Shown here one piece after another: positions 50,749 to 63,277 of a DNA stretch of 64,000 bases (the stretch's first letter is position 1; each line of letters starts with the position of its first letter). The stretch spans positions 28,594,072 to 28,658,071 of the forward strand of contig JARDVH010000073.1 of NCBI GenBank assembly GCA_030324005.1. Reading direction: 5' to 3'. The position numbers were made by a program, and so were the translations under genes. This stretch comes from Negaprion brevirostris (taxonomy: Eukaryota). The notes under the pieces are model-generated. The model was not told the DNA's origin. It did no database searches and worked only from the letters and a program-made list of their open reading frames with translations.

Positions 50749-51610
50749 TTGTAAGGAATGGGTAGAACTGCAAGAACACTCCAGAAGCTAAATACTATTT
50801 GGGACAAAGGCCTTTTTAATTGTNNNNNNNNNNNNNNNNNNNNNNNNNNNNNNNNNNNNNNNNNNNNNNNNNNNNNNNNNNNNNNNNNNNNNNNNNNNNN
50901 GGCCACTGTGCTTACCAACTACAAGACGCACTGCAGTGACATGCCTTGGCTTTTTCCTGTACCCTCCTCTTCCATACACCTTCTGCCACCTAAAAGGAAA
51001 AGGCCAGCAAGTGTATGGAAATGCCATTACCTCCAAGTCTTTGCAAATATAGTCCTCCATTGTTGCTGTGTCAAAATAGTGGATCTCCTATCGCAATAGC
51101 ATTGTGGAAGCGTTTTCACCACATTGACTCCAACGGTTCAGGAAAGCATCACCACCTCAAGGACAGCTTGGGTGAACTATAAATTCTGGCATTCCTCACA
51201 CTGTCTACATCCCAAGAATTAATTCAAAATTGGAGCATTTTCCTTCCCGTTTCTGGCAGTAGTATATGGTAGTGTTATTTTTACATTTTTCACAAAGTTA
51301 AATGGAGTCTTAACGAGTACTCCAAAAATACAAACCTTGAGAACTAGGGATCTCATTAACACTGATTTATTTGACTTAAGTGTACAGCTGTGCCAATTAT
51401 AATGTTGTTTCAATTGGATTTTCATTTAATAATCAAATGTTGTACAATACCTGAGTAGAACCACAATCCTAGCTTAACAATATATATATATTTAAAGTTG
51501 AACTATTGTTAAATGTATATTGGCATTTGTATAATCGTAGAATAATGCAATGCAGGAGACCATTTGGTCCATTATACTTGTACCAACTCTTTAGAAGACC
51601 TATTCAATTA

Positions 51611-51707
51611 TGATGTGGAGTTGCTGGTGTTAGACTCAGATAGGCATCAAATAAACCTGTTGGACTTTAACCTGGTGTTATGAGAGTACTAACTGTGCCT
51701 ATCCCAT
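51611..51707. repeat. Family-2 repeat, left arm largely deleted
   Basis: tgatgtggagttgctggtgttagact...caaataaacctgttggactttaacctggtgttatgaga. Confidence 0.75.
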
Positions 51708-51959
51708 TAGTCTCAGTGCCCCCACTCATTCTCTATGTTCTTGTAAGGTTTTTCCTTCAACTATTTTTTCAACTTGCTTTTGAAAATCTTGATTGATCCA
51801 GTTCCCAGTTAGTCGTTTCAGTTAGTGCTTTGTGTCAAAACAGCTTGCATCGTAAGTAATTGTAAACCAATTTTTCCTCCTGTTGTCTCTGTTTTTTTTC
51901 ACCAATTACATTTAATCTTATTTTACTCACTGGAGTCAGAGAAAACCTTCCATTTATCT

Positions 51960-52470
51960 CCCTTTGAGTAAGCTTCCCGACCCCCAAACAACCTTCATAA
52001 ACTTGAGGTTATCATGCTGTCCATTTCCTCACTGGAACCAAGTTCTGTTCAGCCTATGTTTGCGGTCCTACCTTGATTCCTGAGCAAGCAAATCCTAATT
52101 TTCATCCTTGTTCTTAAATCCATCTATGGACTTGCCCCACCCCACTACTGTTATCTCCTTCAAGCCCACACCCCTTCCAGATATCTGGGTTCATCAAATC
52201 TGGCCTTTGGACGATTCCTGATTCTAATCGCTCCACCATTAATGGTCATACTTCTGTTGCCTAGGCCTTTATTGCAGGAATACCCTCCATACACCTCTCC
52301 ACCTCTTCACCACTACCCTCAAATGTACCTTTTCTGATGAAGCTTTTGGCCAGTTAACCCAGGATCTTAATATCTCCTTGTATCCTACCTAGTATTTTGT
52401 ATTATAATGCTCCTGTGAAGTGACTGCGAACATTTTGTTACATTAAAGGTCCATCATGAGTATAAGTTGT
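51960..52470 (+). mobile_element. L2 LINE 3' end
   Basis: aaatcctaattttcatccttgtt...cgctccaccattaatggtc...gctcctgtgaagtgac...tgttacattaaagg. Confidence 0.65.
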
Positions 52471-52479
52471 TATGCTGAT

Positions 52480-52890
52480 CCATCTGCCACTGGAAATAGT
52501 TTCTCTTTGTTTACTTCATCAAAACATTCATGTTTTTGACACCTTCATCAAATCTACATTTATCTTACTCTTCTGTAAGGAGAACCACTCTAGCTTCTCC
52601 AGTTTCTCCACATAACTGAAGTCCTTCATCTCTGATACCANNNNNNNNNNNNNNNNNNNNNNNNNNNNNNNNNNNNNNNNNNNNNNNNNNNNNNNNNNNN
52701 NNNNNNNNNNNNNNNNNNNNNNNNNNNNNNNNNNNNNNNNTTGGTAAATCTTATCTGTTCCCACTGAGGCTTTGATTTTCATCCTTAAGTGCCTCGCCCA
52801 GAATTGGACACTACCCTCCAGCTGAGTCTTAACCAGTGTTTATAAAAGTTTCAACCTAATGTCCTTACTTTGATACTCTACGCCTCTTAT
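52480..52890 (-). mobile_element. CR1 3' remnant (continues ~51535-51900)
   Basis: MKDFSYVEKLEKLEWFSL; cccagaattggacac. Confidence 0.7.
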
Positions 52891-53689
52891 TATTTGGGCA
52901 CTGATCCCATTTTGGGAAGTTATCCCATTGCAATATAAACTTGGTGCAGCATTTGTCTTACAGTGTAATATGTTTGAGATAATCCATCAGAATTGCAGCC
53001 TGACTACATCTATCACTCATAAAATTTTGAATTGTCAATATATATAAAGGCTTATTTTGTGTTAAATCTAACCAGTGTGAATGCCTCACTATTTCAGCAA
53101 GAAAATTGTGCAAGTCCTTACATTACAGGAGTGTTTCAGCAGTAAAACGTACATTCACAATGTCCACGTTTTGTCTACAAGTGGAATCGGTGTCCAACTG
53201 AATTAGTGACATTCTGCATATTACTATAATTCTGCTGAATAATGTGTCATTGCATTATGGCTGTTCCACAAGGAGGAAAATGTATCTTTTGGAGTAGCAT
53301 CCCTTTTGTAATGATTTAATCGTTCGAATCAGGGTAATAAAACTTCAGAACTAGCGTGCTAATCAGATGAGCATGGTGATTTGACTTAGATACTGCAATG
53401 TCAGACAGCGTTGCTGATGGAAACAAAATTTGCATCGACAAAATAGAGGTTTAAATGGACACTAGCATTTTCATGTTGGTCCATGAACATGGAGCAGAGG
53501 AATCAGGAATTAAAATTAAAGACCAGCGAAAAGCAATTTACAATTGAACTCAGAAGATTTGTTCAGGGTTGCGGAAATATTATGCTGGAGGAGACTGCAA
53601 AGATCAGGTGACGCAAGGCTGTAACAATGCTCTGAATTTTAGATAAGGATTTCAGGCTGCTTCCTCGTATTCTTCAACTACAGCTCTTA

Positions 53690-53955
53690 TGGGCGACACA
53701 GTGGTTAGCACAGCTGTCTCAGTGCCAGGGACAAGGCTTTGATTCCTGGCTCGGGTCACTGTCTGTGTGGAGTTTGCACATCCTCTCTATATCTGCATGG
53801 GTTTCTCCCGGATGCTACAGTTTCCTCCCACAGTCTGAAAGATGTGCACTTTAGGCGCATTGACCTGAACAGGTGGCGAACAGGGGAATTTTACAATAAT
53901 TTTACTGCCATATTAATGTAAGCCTTACTTCTGACTCATAAATAATATAAGCTTT
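53690..53955 (+). mobile_element. V-SINE with type-B tail (shortened)
   Basis: gggcgacacagtggttagcac...gtggagtttgcac...taatgtaagccttacttctgactcataaataa. Confidence 0.85.
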
Positions 53956-54529
53956 AATCAAATAAACTCTGCCTTTATATAGAAATACTTTTGCCAATTA
54001 CTCGAGGAATGTTAATGAAATNNNNNNNNNNNNNNNNNNNNNNNNNTAATCCAAGTTTATTTAGTATGTGTAGCTAGGGATAAATAAACCTCTTAGTTTG
54101 CATGGTTTGTATGCAAAGCTGGCCTTGAATTGACATCAAAATATCATTTTTTTTTGGTAGGAAAATGTGGAAAAGTTTAGTTTCAAAAAGAATCATTTCA
54201 AAAATGAGTAAAATAGTAGATTGAGAAAAGTTATTCTGTAAAGTAGGGAAATATACATCAATGCCTGACCTTTACGGCAAGTTCGGGCACAGTTTTTGTT
54301 GTCGAGTGGAAGGATGCAGGAAATGAACAGCATTTGACATGAGATACCCTGCTCCAGTAAAGTAGGCAACGTTTTAAATTACTGCAGAGAGAGTTTCTTG
54401 CAAAAAAATAGGCTGGCTGCTAGGTCAGCACACACCATTCACTTCTAAAACCCAGGTTCAAATGTAGCCCAGTTCAATGGACTGAGAGCCTGTGATGCAG
54501 TGGTGAAAAGTCCTTTGTGAAATGACAAC

Positions 54530-54713
54530 TTGCTGCTAGGGGAGGTAGTGGAAGCGGATACAATAGTGACTTTTAAGGGGCATAAATAGGATGGGAGTAG
54601 CGCGATATGGTCCCTGGAAGGCTAGGGAGTTTTAGTTCAGACGGGCAACATGGTCAATGCAGGCTTGGAGGGCCAAAGGGGCTGTTCCTGTGCTGTCATT
54701 TTCTTTGTTCTTT
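54530..54713 (+). mobile_element. CR1 3' tail
   Basis: gaggtagtggaagcggataca...ggcttggagggccaaagggg ctgttcctgtgctg. Confidence 0.75.
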
Positions 54714-56406
54714 GAGTGTGTGGACTGCATTTTAAAAAAACTTCACTCAAATTGGCAATGTTAATTAAGTTGTCATGAGAATGTCTGAAGGGAACTCGAT
54801 TTACATTGGCGGAGAATGCTTCTCCTGAAGTTAGATGTTTGGGCAGAGTCGAGGGAAGGAAGGCTCGATGCTAACACTCGTGTAGAAGAGTGTTCCATTC
54901 TCCACTACGAATGCTGCAACTTTCCTGCAGTTAGAGTCATACTTTAATTGCAGATCTCTTTGCTTGAATTTAGGAAATAATCTTTCATCATTCCTTTCTT
55001 AACAAATCGTGAAGAAGCAAGAAGCAAACATGTAGTGAATGGTCCTGAGCTCATTTTGATTTTATGTAGGCTCAAGAGGAAATTATCCATGTTACTTGCA
55101 TGTCAAAAGTATTTCATTAGCTGTGAAGTGCTTTGGGGCATTCTCTGATCATGAAAGGCACTACATAAATGTAAGTGCTTTCTCTCCAGCAGTAAGTAAA
55201 TTAGATAACAATTACAGAATACAATCTTGCAGTTAAATTGAAAAGGTTCTTAATTATTTACTTGGCTTAACATAGCTTCAGGGTATAATTGCTGGGATAT
55301 TTTAGGGGAAGGTTTAGTAATCTTAATAAATTTTTCATAAGCTAATATGAAAGTTAAAATAAACCTTGTTAAGCTACATGTTTTGTGATGTGAAGCTAAT
55401 TGCTGACATTTGATATCACAGGAGTTGAGATCTCCACTTTCTAACAGCGTTTTCAAGCCTGTTCCAAAAAGAGCACTAATGAAGCATATCTCAGTTGTTT
55501 AAGGTGTGCTTACAGACACCAAACTTTAACAGTCACTTCCAATGGCTTAAAAACACAACTGATCAACATAGGTAAGGAGTTTTAGAGGTAGTCCTCAATT
55601 TGAACATCATCGGATATTCGAGAACAAAACATGACTTCCTAGCATGTGGTTTTTTTCAACAGTTTGGGTGTGTTTTCACCAGAAGTGGTGTCTGCGGCGT
55701 ACACGCATATATGACTAGTGTTACAAAACCCCAATGACATGTGCAAAAATGTTCCAACCTGAAACACTGGTTTTGTAAGGGTGTATATTTTGTTGATGTT
55801 AGAGAGAAACATTTGCAGAAACAGTGAGAACGAAGAACTCTCTTCTGTTAAACAAATACAAAAAAAGTATTTATTAAAGTGGAAGAAGGTGATAGAATGT
55901 TTATACGGACGAATCTTGTTCTTCAGCAACTTTACAGTCAGCACTCAGCTCCTCAAAGTCTGAAAACGCAAAAGTATCTGTTTCCCCTATGCTGAAATTC
56001 TATTGAGACCCCCATTTCCCAAACAACAACCATAAACCTATTGGTCAAATTTAGCCAGTGTTACCACACTGTAGAGCTTAACGTCATCAGGACGCAGGAA
56101 TGGTGTTTGGTTCAGCAAAGAAAACAACCTTTTGCACAAACTGGCTTGCATTTAGCACTTCATCTCTAGCTGAGCTGTTTCCTGAAGATGGCTGCCTCTC
56201 TCCTTCTTGCTGCTACTCCTTCAACAACTCATCTGTATCTAAACTGTTTCCTGGTTCACAACACTCGGACTACTAATTGTATCAATTGCAAAGAACACAC
56301 TGTTCCCTATTCTTTCCTTTCTCGTAGGTCCTGTCCAGACATGATTTACATCACTACCTGTCCAGGTTACTGTTCTGGGATATCTGAAATGAGAATAGCA
56401 CCCGGG

Positions 56407-57050
56407 TAGAATCATAAAAAACTACAGCATAAACAGGCCCTTCAGCCCGTAAGTTGTGCCAATCTTATCTCTACCTACTAGGCTAACCTATAACCCTCAA
56501 TCCTAGTAAGTCCCATGTACTCATCNNNNNNNNNNNNNNNNNNNNNNNNNNNNNNNNNNNNNNNNNNNNNNNNNNNNNNNNNNNNNNNNNNNNNNNNNNN
56601 NNNNNNNNNNNNGTGAAAAACTTACCCCTGACATCATCTCTGTACCTACTCCCCAGCACCATAAACCTGTGTCCTCTTGTGGCAGCCATTTCAGCCCTGG
56701 GGAAAAAGCCTCTGAGAATCCAGCCGATCAATACCTCTCAACATCTTATACACCTCTATCACGTCCCCTCTCATCCTTCATCTCTCCAAGGAGAAAAGAC
56801 TGAGCTCTCTCAACCTATCCTCATAAGGCATGCCACCTAATCCAGGAGACGTCCTTGTAAATCTCCTTTGCACCCTTTCAATGGCTTCAACATCCTTCCT
56901 GTAACGAGGCGACCAGGACTGAGCACCGTACTCCAAGTGGGGTCCGACAATACACTGCAGCATTATCTCCCGACTCCTAAACTCAATTCCTTGGTTGACG
57001 AAGGCCAGTACACCATACGCCTTCTTAACCATATCCTCTACCTGCGAAGC
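56407..57050 (-). mobile_element. CR1 LINE 3' portion, relatively young
   Basis: VKKAYGVLAFVNQGIEFRSREIMLQ...LEYGAQSWSPRYRKDVEAIERVQRRFTR. Confidence 0.9.
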
Positions 57051-57529
57051 CGGGTAGAGATGTGTTGAGGAGAAATGAAGGACAAACAATAGATATGTAC
57101 TTTGACCATCTGCAGTTCATAAATCAGAAGAGATTGTGGGGTTAGGGAGTGCTGGGGTGTGAGAAAGATGATGAGATACAAAGGTGCAGTCAACTTGTTT
57201 AATTTTTGCCTCTCGGCGTTTGCTACTCCAGTGCCTTCTCTTACTGGAAGGGCCTCCTGGTTCTCGTAAAATCTTTCTTGCTGTCCATCACCACCACAAA
57301 GGCTCCAGCGCAGTGTCAGAGGACCTTGGAGCATGCTATCTGTCTTGTTATACCATAACNNNNNNNNNNTGTCTTGCCCCATGTTCCTTTCTGCAACCTG
57401 TTCCATCACCTCCTATCGGAGTACACCTCACCATTTGGTGGAGCAGGCTGGCTTCAGGTAAAGTAGGACAGTTTGAAGTGATGAGTATATCACACAAACC
57501 TGGGCCCTCTGCTGGCTATCCTGTCAATC

Positions 57530-57718
57530 CAGTAAGAAGTCTCAGAACACCAGGTTAAAGTCCAACAGGTTTATTTGGTCGCAAAAGCCACTAGCTTTTG
57601 GAACGCTACTCCAAAAGCTAGTGGCTTTTGCTACCAAATAAACCTGTTGGGTTTAAGCTGGTGTTGTGAGACTTCTTACTGTGTTTACCCCATTCCAACG
57701 CCAGCATCTCCACATCAT
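57530..57718. repeat. Family-2 fold-back repeat, best-preserved hairpin
   Basis: ~72-bp near-perfect inverted arms (57530-57602 and 57609-57681) around a loop of a few nt. Confidence 0.9.
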
Positions 57719-58574
57719 ACCCTGCAAATCAGCAGGTGGTTTGTGAGCTGCTGCATCTGAAACAACTCAATGTGGTAGCCCTGTCCATCTCTCAGCCTCA
57801 TTCAATTTTGTGCCTGAGAGGTGAAAACTTTGTGAAATTGTGCCCAGTCTTAGCAATTGTGCAAAAATGGTAGATCTGAGGGACAAGCAAACTGAAGAAG
57901 TGTTATTGTTTTAAATGTAGGCTATTTCAAGGTTAATTTTTTAAAAGTAAAAAATCCAAGCATTCACTTCCAATATATTGGCACACCTAATGCATTGGCA
58001 TCACAGAAGTGTGTTTGTTTCTGTTTCATTTATACATTTAGCAGGTATTCTTTAGCATTGATCATTGAATAATAGGTTCTGCCATGTGGGGACATTGGGT
58101 GTGAAAGCTCAGAGAGAGATGCATACCCACAGAGAATTTGGAAGATGTTTGTCAAATTTCCCAGAGACTGAGATAAGTATCTATTTTCTATTTAAGCTGT
58201 GGTGGGAATAGAAGTGGATGTTGAGGATGTCAACATGGCGTTCTGGACTGCATGTAGTGTTAATGACTACTTTCCGGAGATGATATACAGAGAGAGGTTG
58301 CTGGGTTTTGTAGCTCTGGATCTGCGGACCCTTTGGTCTGATGGAATTTGGTCGATGGGGATCAATGGGGAGGGGGATACTGTGGGATAGGAGTCTTGGC
58401 AAGAGGCGATACCAGCAGTAAAATGGTTGTGGGATGTTGCTGACAGAATCACGCAAGGATTTCTTTCTTGGGAGTACTGGATAAAGAATAGGGTCTTGCG
58501 TGCAACCAGTTTAAAGTTTTTTTTCAGTGCTCAGTATTGTTGCTAGTTGGGAGGCCTGGTGTTGGTTACTGCTT

Positions 58575-58905
58575 TGGTTTGATTTGATTTAATTTATTAT
58601 TGTCACATGCATAAGTATACAGGGAAAAGTATTTTTTCTTGTGTGCTATATAAATGAAACTTATCATACGTAAGGAAGGAAAGGGTACAGAATGTAGTGT
58701 TGCAGTCATAGCTAGGGTGTAGAGAAAGATCAACTTAATACAAGGTAGGTCCATTGAAAGGTCTGATGGCAGCAGGGAAAAAGCTGTTCTTGAGTCGGTT
58801 GGTACATGTATCTTTTTCCCAACAGAAGGAGGTGGAAGAGAGAATGTTCAGGATGCAAGGGTTCTTTATTATGCTGGCAGCTTTTCTGTGGCAGTGGGAA
58901 GTTTA
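58575..58905 (-). mobile_element. Rex1/Babar-type LINE 3' end
   Basis: Highly similar to 50050-50380. Confidence 0.8.
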
Positions 58906-59302
58906 GTGACTGTGGCTCAGTTGGTGGCAATCGCCCCTCAGTTACAGCTCCTTGATTTGAGCAGAAAAGCCAATCTGGTGAAGTACTGGGGAGCACTACT
59001 GTAGGTGCCATCTTTTGGGTGAATTTGTAGTCAATGCCCCCATCTGCCTGCTGTGGCAAATGTAAAAGATCCCCTGTCACTGTTTTGAAGAAGAGCAGGG
59101 CAGTGGCCAGTATTTATCCCTCAATCAACATATCGTAAAACAGATCATCAAGTCATTATCACGTTGCTGTCTGTGAGCGTATGCTCATGTGCATTTTGGC
59201 TGCTGTGTTTCCTACATTACAACAGTCATTAGATTTCAACGTACTTTAACTCATTTTGAGGCGTGTGATTTGTGAAAAACACCAGATAAATGCATGTCTT
59301 TT
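58906..59302 (+). mobile_element. DeuSINE (SacSINE1-like)
   Basis: gtggctcagttggtggca...ggtgccatctttt...tgtaaaagatcccc...gaagaagagcagggcagtggccagtatttatccctcaatcaacat...gtttcctacattacaacagt. Confidence 0.85.
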
Positions 59303-59530
59303 TACTGTGAGGTGTAAGACTGGTGAATCACAGCGATGAGAAGTTGTGTCCTGGAGAGATGGAAGGAGAAAGTGGGGTCAGGCAATGCGTACGTAGTCAC
59401 AAGGACAAATGGGGAAATGGTGAGATGGGTACGTGATTGGACAGGTGAAGGAGCTAGCTGAAGTTGAAAAATAATCCATCCTGGAACACCAACAAACGTT
59501 TCAAAAAGAAGAACTCTGCACCTGGAGAAA
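59303..59530 (-). mobile_element. Possible heavily decayed Penelope-like RT fragment
   Basis: VPGWII...ISPFV...LLIAVIHQSYTS weakly resembles the recalled PLE motif PGRPIV...LSPLV...LLFTMDVQSLYTS. Confidence 0.3.
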
Positions 59531-60038
59531 TAACTATTGGTTAATTGGGAAACCATTGTTATATTTTCTTGGAACTTAGTTAACAGTTCAGGCAGCAAGC
59601 CTTTCGGTCCACCTGTCCCTACAGGAAAGAAAAAAACTATTTCAACCTTGGCTGGAAACTGACTCCAACGTGGTTTCGCTTTTTTATTGTTTGCATAGCA
59701 GCAGCTAAAAATGATTCTATTTAAAGCTGGCAATCAATCATATATCAAAGACTTCTCTAAGCTTTTGTGGTCAGTACAATAATAATGATGGTTTTCCAGG
59801 TTGCAGAAGGTGTGAAAAGAAATTGTGTGACTGGAAGTACAACAAGAAGTATGCTGTTATGATCCCCATAGAGACTCATCACTTTTAAAGAGAAATGAAT
59901 TTCCCAGTGATTGGCTCAAAGGATCACACCACAGGGTTTCGTGTTGTAAGATTTTTACTGCAAAAACAACAACATAGACTAAACTTTCCTTAGTAGTCAG
60001 CTAATGCACCAAGCTACAAATGCATTACTCCCTTGTAA

Positions 60039-60298
60039 GGCCGCACAATAGCACAGTGGTTAGCACTGCTGCCTCACAGCGCCAGGGACCCGGGTTCGAT
60101 TCCCTGCTTGGGTCACTGTCCGTATGGAGTTTGCACGTTGCCACTGTGTCTGAGTGGGTTTCTTCCAGGTGCTCCGGTTTCCTCCCACGTTCTGAAAGAT
60201 GTGCTGGTTCGGTGCATTGACCCGAACAGGTGCCAGACTGTGGTGACTGGAGAAATTTCACAGTAACTTCATTGCAATGTTAATGTAAGCCTTATTTG
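60039..60298 (+). mobile_element. V-SINE with type-B tail
   Basis: cagtggttagcactgctgcctcacagcgccagggacccgggttcgattccc...cagtaacttcattgcaatgttaatgtaagcc. Confidence 0.9.
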
Positions 60299-60429
60299 GT
60301 AAGGCTTTTACTTTGTAACTTCCTAACGCAGCTGAAACCCACAGGTTGCACTTATGCGTTAAACTGCGCTTTCTAAAGAATTGCAGTCTTGCGGTTAATG
60401 ACCATAAATCCTCCCAGTTCTGCTTCAGG

Positions 60430-62950
60430 GTGAATCTTCAAGTATCCTTTTTAAAGAGAATCTTGAGTGCTCATGTTTTTGCCTCTGGTCTTTAATGCTT
60501 CGCAATCTCCCTTTCCTTGAACAGGGGTTCTGTTGTTACCAGCCCATTGCTTGGTGATTATGCAAATACAATCTCTTTCTTTTGCCTGGCCATTGCAGCA
60601 CCAGTTGTGGGTCTTCATCCAAATGTCTTGGTCTGACTGCCCTTGAGACAGCCCAAGTCTGCAAACAGCAAGAACACCTACCTTCTCTTGCCTGTCTTGA
60701 TGCGAAAACTGGCACTGTCCTTTCAACACGTTTCACTCTGGACCCCTGTCCGCATGGCAATCAGTTTATGTGGGCTTAACCCTGAGCAGATTTTGTATGA
60801 AGTAACGTGCTCCTCTCCAAACTACTCATTTTACCTTGAATGAAAGGAGGCAATTTAAAACTTAATGATATAATGCTGAGCGGCCATAACAATGCACGTG
60901 TAGTATCTGCATGAAACATGATCATTTTTCTGTGCTTTTCATTGGAATTTCAAGATTCGTACCCATGTTTTATGTAGACGAGTGCCTAATACGTTAAAGA
61001 CTAGCCTGGCATATGACTGGTTGAATCCAGATGTAGTTAATTGCATCTCTGCTGAGTAAATGAATGAGTAGTGGACATAATGTGATCTCCAATCGCAAAT
61101 GCACAATACAGCACATGTTCTTGGAGCTATTTCCATGTTTATAGTTAAAATAAAACAAAAAGAAGAGTGTCTTTTGATAATTGAGTGCTTGACTTGGTTA
61201 CTAAATGGTTGCTGTTGAGTATATGTACTTCTCATGTCAAATATGTTTAGCTTTATTTTGCAAATGTGTGTGTGGCATGTTCTACTAAATTGTACATGGA
61301 GCTAAAATGATTGAGAGTAATTGCCCTTGACATGAGAATTTGACTGTGTGGCATTAAGGAACCCTGGTAAAAGTGAAGTCAATGGGAAAGCAGGGGTAAT
61401 TTCTTCACTGACTGGAATCATGTCCAGCATAAAGGAAGATGGTTGTGGATTTTGAAGGTCAATCATTTCAGCCCCAGGACATTGCTGCAAATCTTCAGAG
61501 TTATGCCCTTGGTGTAACCATCTTTAGTTGCTTCAAAAATGGCCGTTTTTCCCTCAGGAGGTCAGAAGTGATGACTTTTGCTGATGGTTGCAGTGTTGAG
61601 TACCAATCATGACTTCTCAGATGGTCATTACGAGCCACTTGTATGACACAAGTATTACCTGTCACTCATCAGCCCAAACTTGAATGTTGTCCAGATCTTG
61701 CTGCACAGTGGACAGTGACTGCTTCAGGCTCCCCAGAAACTAGTGGTTGGTGACTTCATGCAGCAATTCCTGGACAATATGCAGCATGGACTGATGTGTG
61801 GTGCGTACGTTGTGATATTCTGTTGTAGTCTAAATTAAGCAATGTGATGTTACTCTGCATTCCCAGTATCAACTTTCAGCTTCAGATTTATGGTTGCGGG
61901 TTTATCTCCATCCTGATTATGGTTGTGATTTTTTTTCTACTTTGGGGCCAGCTGCATCCAGCTGTTTCATGCAGTTGCATAGTTCCTATGTCTATTGTGT
62001 TCTCACACTCATTAGCATTTTCCAGGAAATTGATTTTTTTTTTCTTTTCCCTGTTGCTCTGCCTAAGCTCCATTATCATCTTTGTTTGCTCTGTTTTTCT
62101 GTTTGGTATGCATTATTTTGTTGCTGTTTCATGTATTAATCCTGCTGCCTTTCTCTTGACTGAAAACTACCCAAATGGCTAGCCAAAGTCTTTGGTCTTC
62201 TCATAGTTTCACATGCTCTGACAGCAAATACAGTCTATGAAATTGTGAACCTGCCCTTTCCAATCAAATATTATTGCATTTCAGNNNNNNNNNNCGTCTT
62301 AACTGCGTTGATAGGGAAGCCTTTTAGCTGTTTCCTTGAAGTTACATTTTCTGGCTGCATTTTTCAATCTTAAGAAATTGTCAACAATCTCATGTGGTTC
62401 CTGCCTCAGATTTTTAAACTATATCGGTGGATCTAATGATTTGACTTTGGTTGGAGAGGTGAACTGAATTTTTCAGGCATTTTTTCAGGTTTTATTGTTG
62501 CCCTCAGTCATCTCCCAGCTATTCTCTCTTGCCCCAAAAGGATACAGCTGACCCTTTCCACTTCTCTATTCTTCTGGAAAGCTTTTGAATGTCAGTTTGC
62601 ACTTTTGTTTAAGCTCCTCAAATGCCTTAACATATCCGCTGCCCAATTCATTGTGGACTATAGCTGCACCTTCATTGCAACAGCCTCTTTGATTTTGCAT
62701 GACTCCTCAGTTTTTCTCTCACTCTGGCATTAAGTTGGGTTGACTTTTCTCAATATAATTCAGTATGAAATGTTTGGGTCTTACTCACAAACACCGCTGC
62801 TCCCATGTTATGTTTTTTCTTTCTCCAAAATTCGAGATCGTCACGCTTTTAGACTCAAATTGCTGGAATTTAATTGAGTGCATTTCTTCCAGATCTCCAT
62901 GTGATTGGTGGACTTATACATTACTGATCAGCTCTTAGTTGTGGTGCAGC
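60430..62950 (-). mobile_element. Possible ancient RTE-clade LINE remnant, interrupted by a CR1/L2-group fragment (61300-61740)
   Basis: Scattered motifs FHTELY, KIKEAVAMK..AADML and C-terminal W...LVLQWPGKRKR in the expected order; very degenerate. Confidence 0.35.
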
Positions 62951-63039
62951 AGTAAATATGGCACCCTGGATGCATGTTGCAATTGGTTCTTATTTATTGA
63001 TAAAATGATGTAACCATATAGCAGAATAGGGAAATCCAC

Positions 63040-63250
63040 CCGCTGCAACTTCTCTCCAAGGCACACACTATCCAGACTTGAAAATTGCTGTTGTTCCTTT
63101 AATAACCCTGAGTCAAGACTGTGGAACTTATTAAAAGCATTCTTAATGTACCTACACCACTGACTAATAGATCAAGAAGGGGTATCCCCATCACCTTCTC
63201 AAGGTCAACCCAAGATAGCAATATATGCTGGTCCCACCAGAATCGCCCAC
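63040..63250 (+). mobile_element. CR1/L2-group LINE 3' end
   Basis: cacacactatccagacttgaaa...gtacctacacca...caccttctcaagg...atgctgg...gcccac. Confidence 0.7.
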
Positions 63251-63251
63251 G

Positions 63252-63277
63252 TTCTCGGCCTTTTGGCTAAGATCAAG
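63252..63277 (+). pseudogene. U2 snRNA 5' fragment heading a short retro-element (to ~63437)
   Basis: TTCTCGGCCTTTTGGCTAAGATCAAG is identical to nt 6-31 of vertebrate U2 snRNA as recalled; the downstream sequence is not U2. Confidence 0.85.

Noticed and set aside
56188-56409. 73-aa ORF with AAGATGGC start and a strong acceptor (ttcctttctcgtag at 56327) as a DOCK4 exon
   Set aside because: Does not encode the DOCK SH3 sequence, gives a stop after 5 codons in the DOCK4 frame, and has no convincing donor.
26556-57558. Long ORFs containing X runs (e.g. 26556-27020, 30335-31054, 44075-44521, 50595-50918)
   Set aside because: Their length comes from N-gaps; the real parts are LINE or other repeat fragments.
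58060-58500. Coding-like minus-strand stretch (91-aa and 61-aa ORFs)
   Set aside because: Probably a decayed retroelement fragment, but no motif could be assigned with confidence.
60300-62325. Loose inverted similarity (taacgcagctga vs ttaactgcgttga) as transposon TIRs
   Set aside because: Short and gapped with no TSD; the interior is better explained by LINE remnants.
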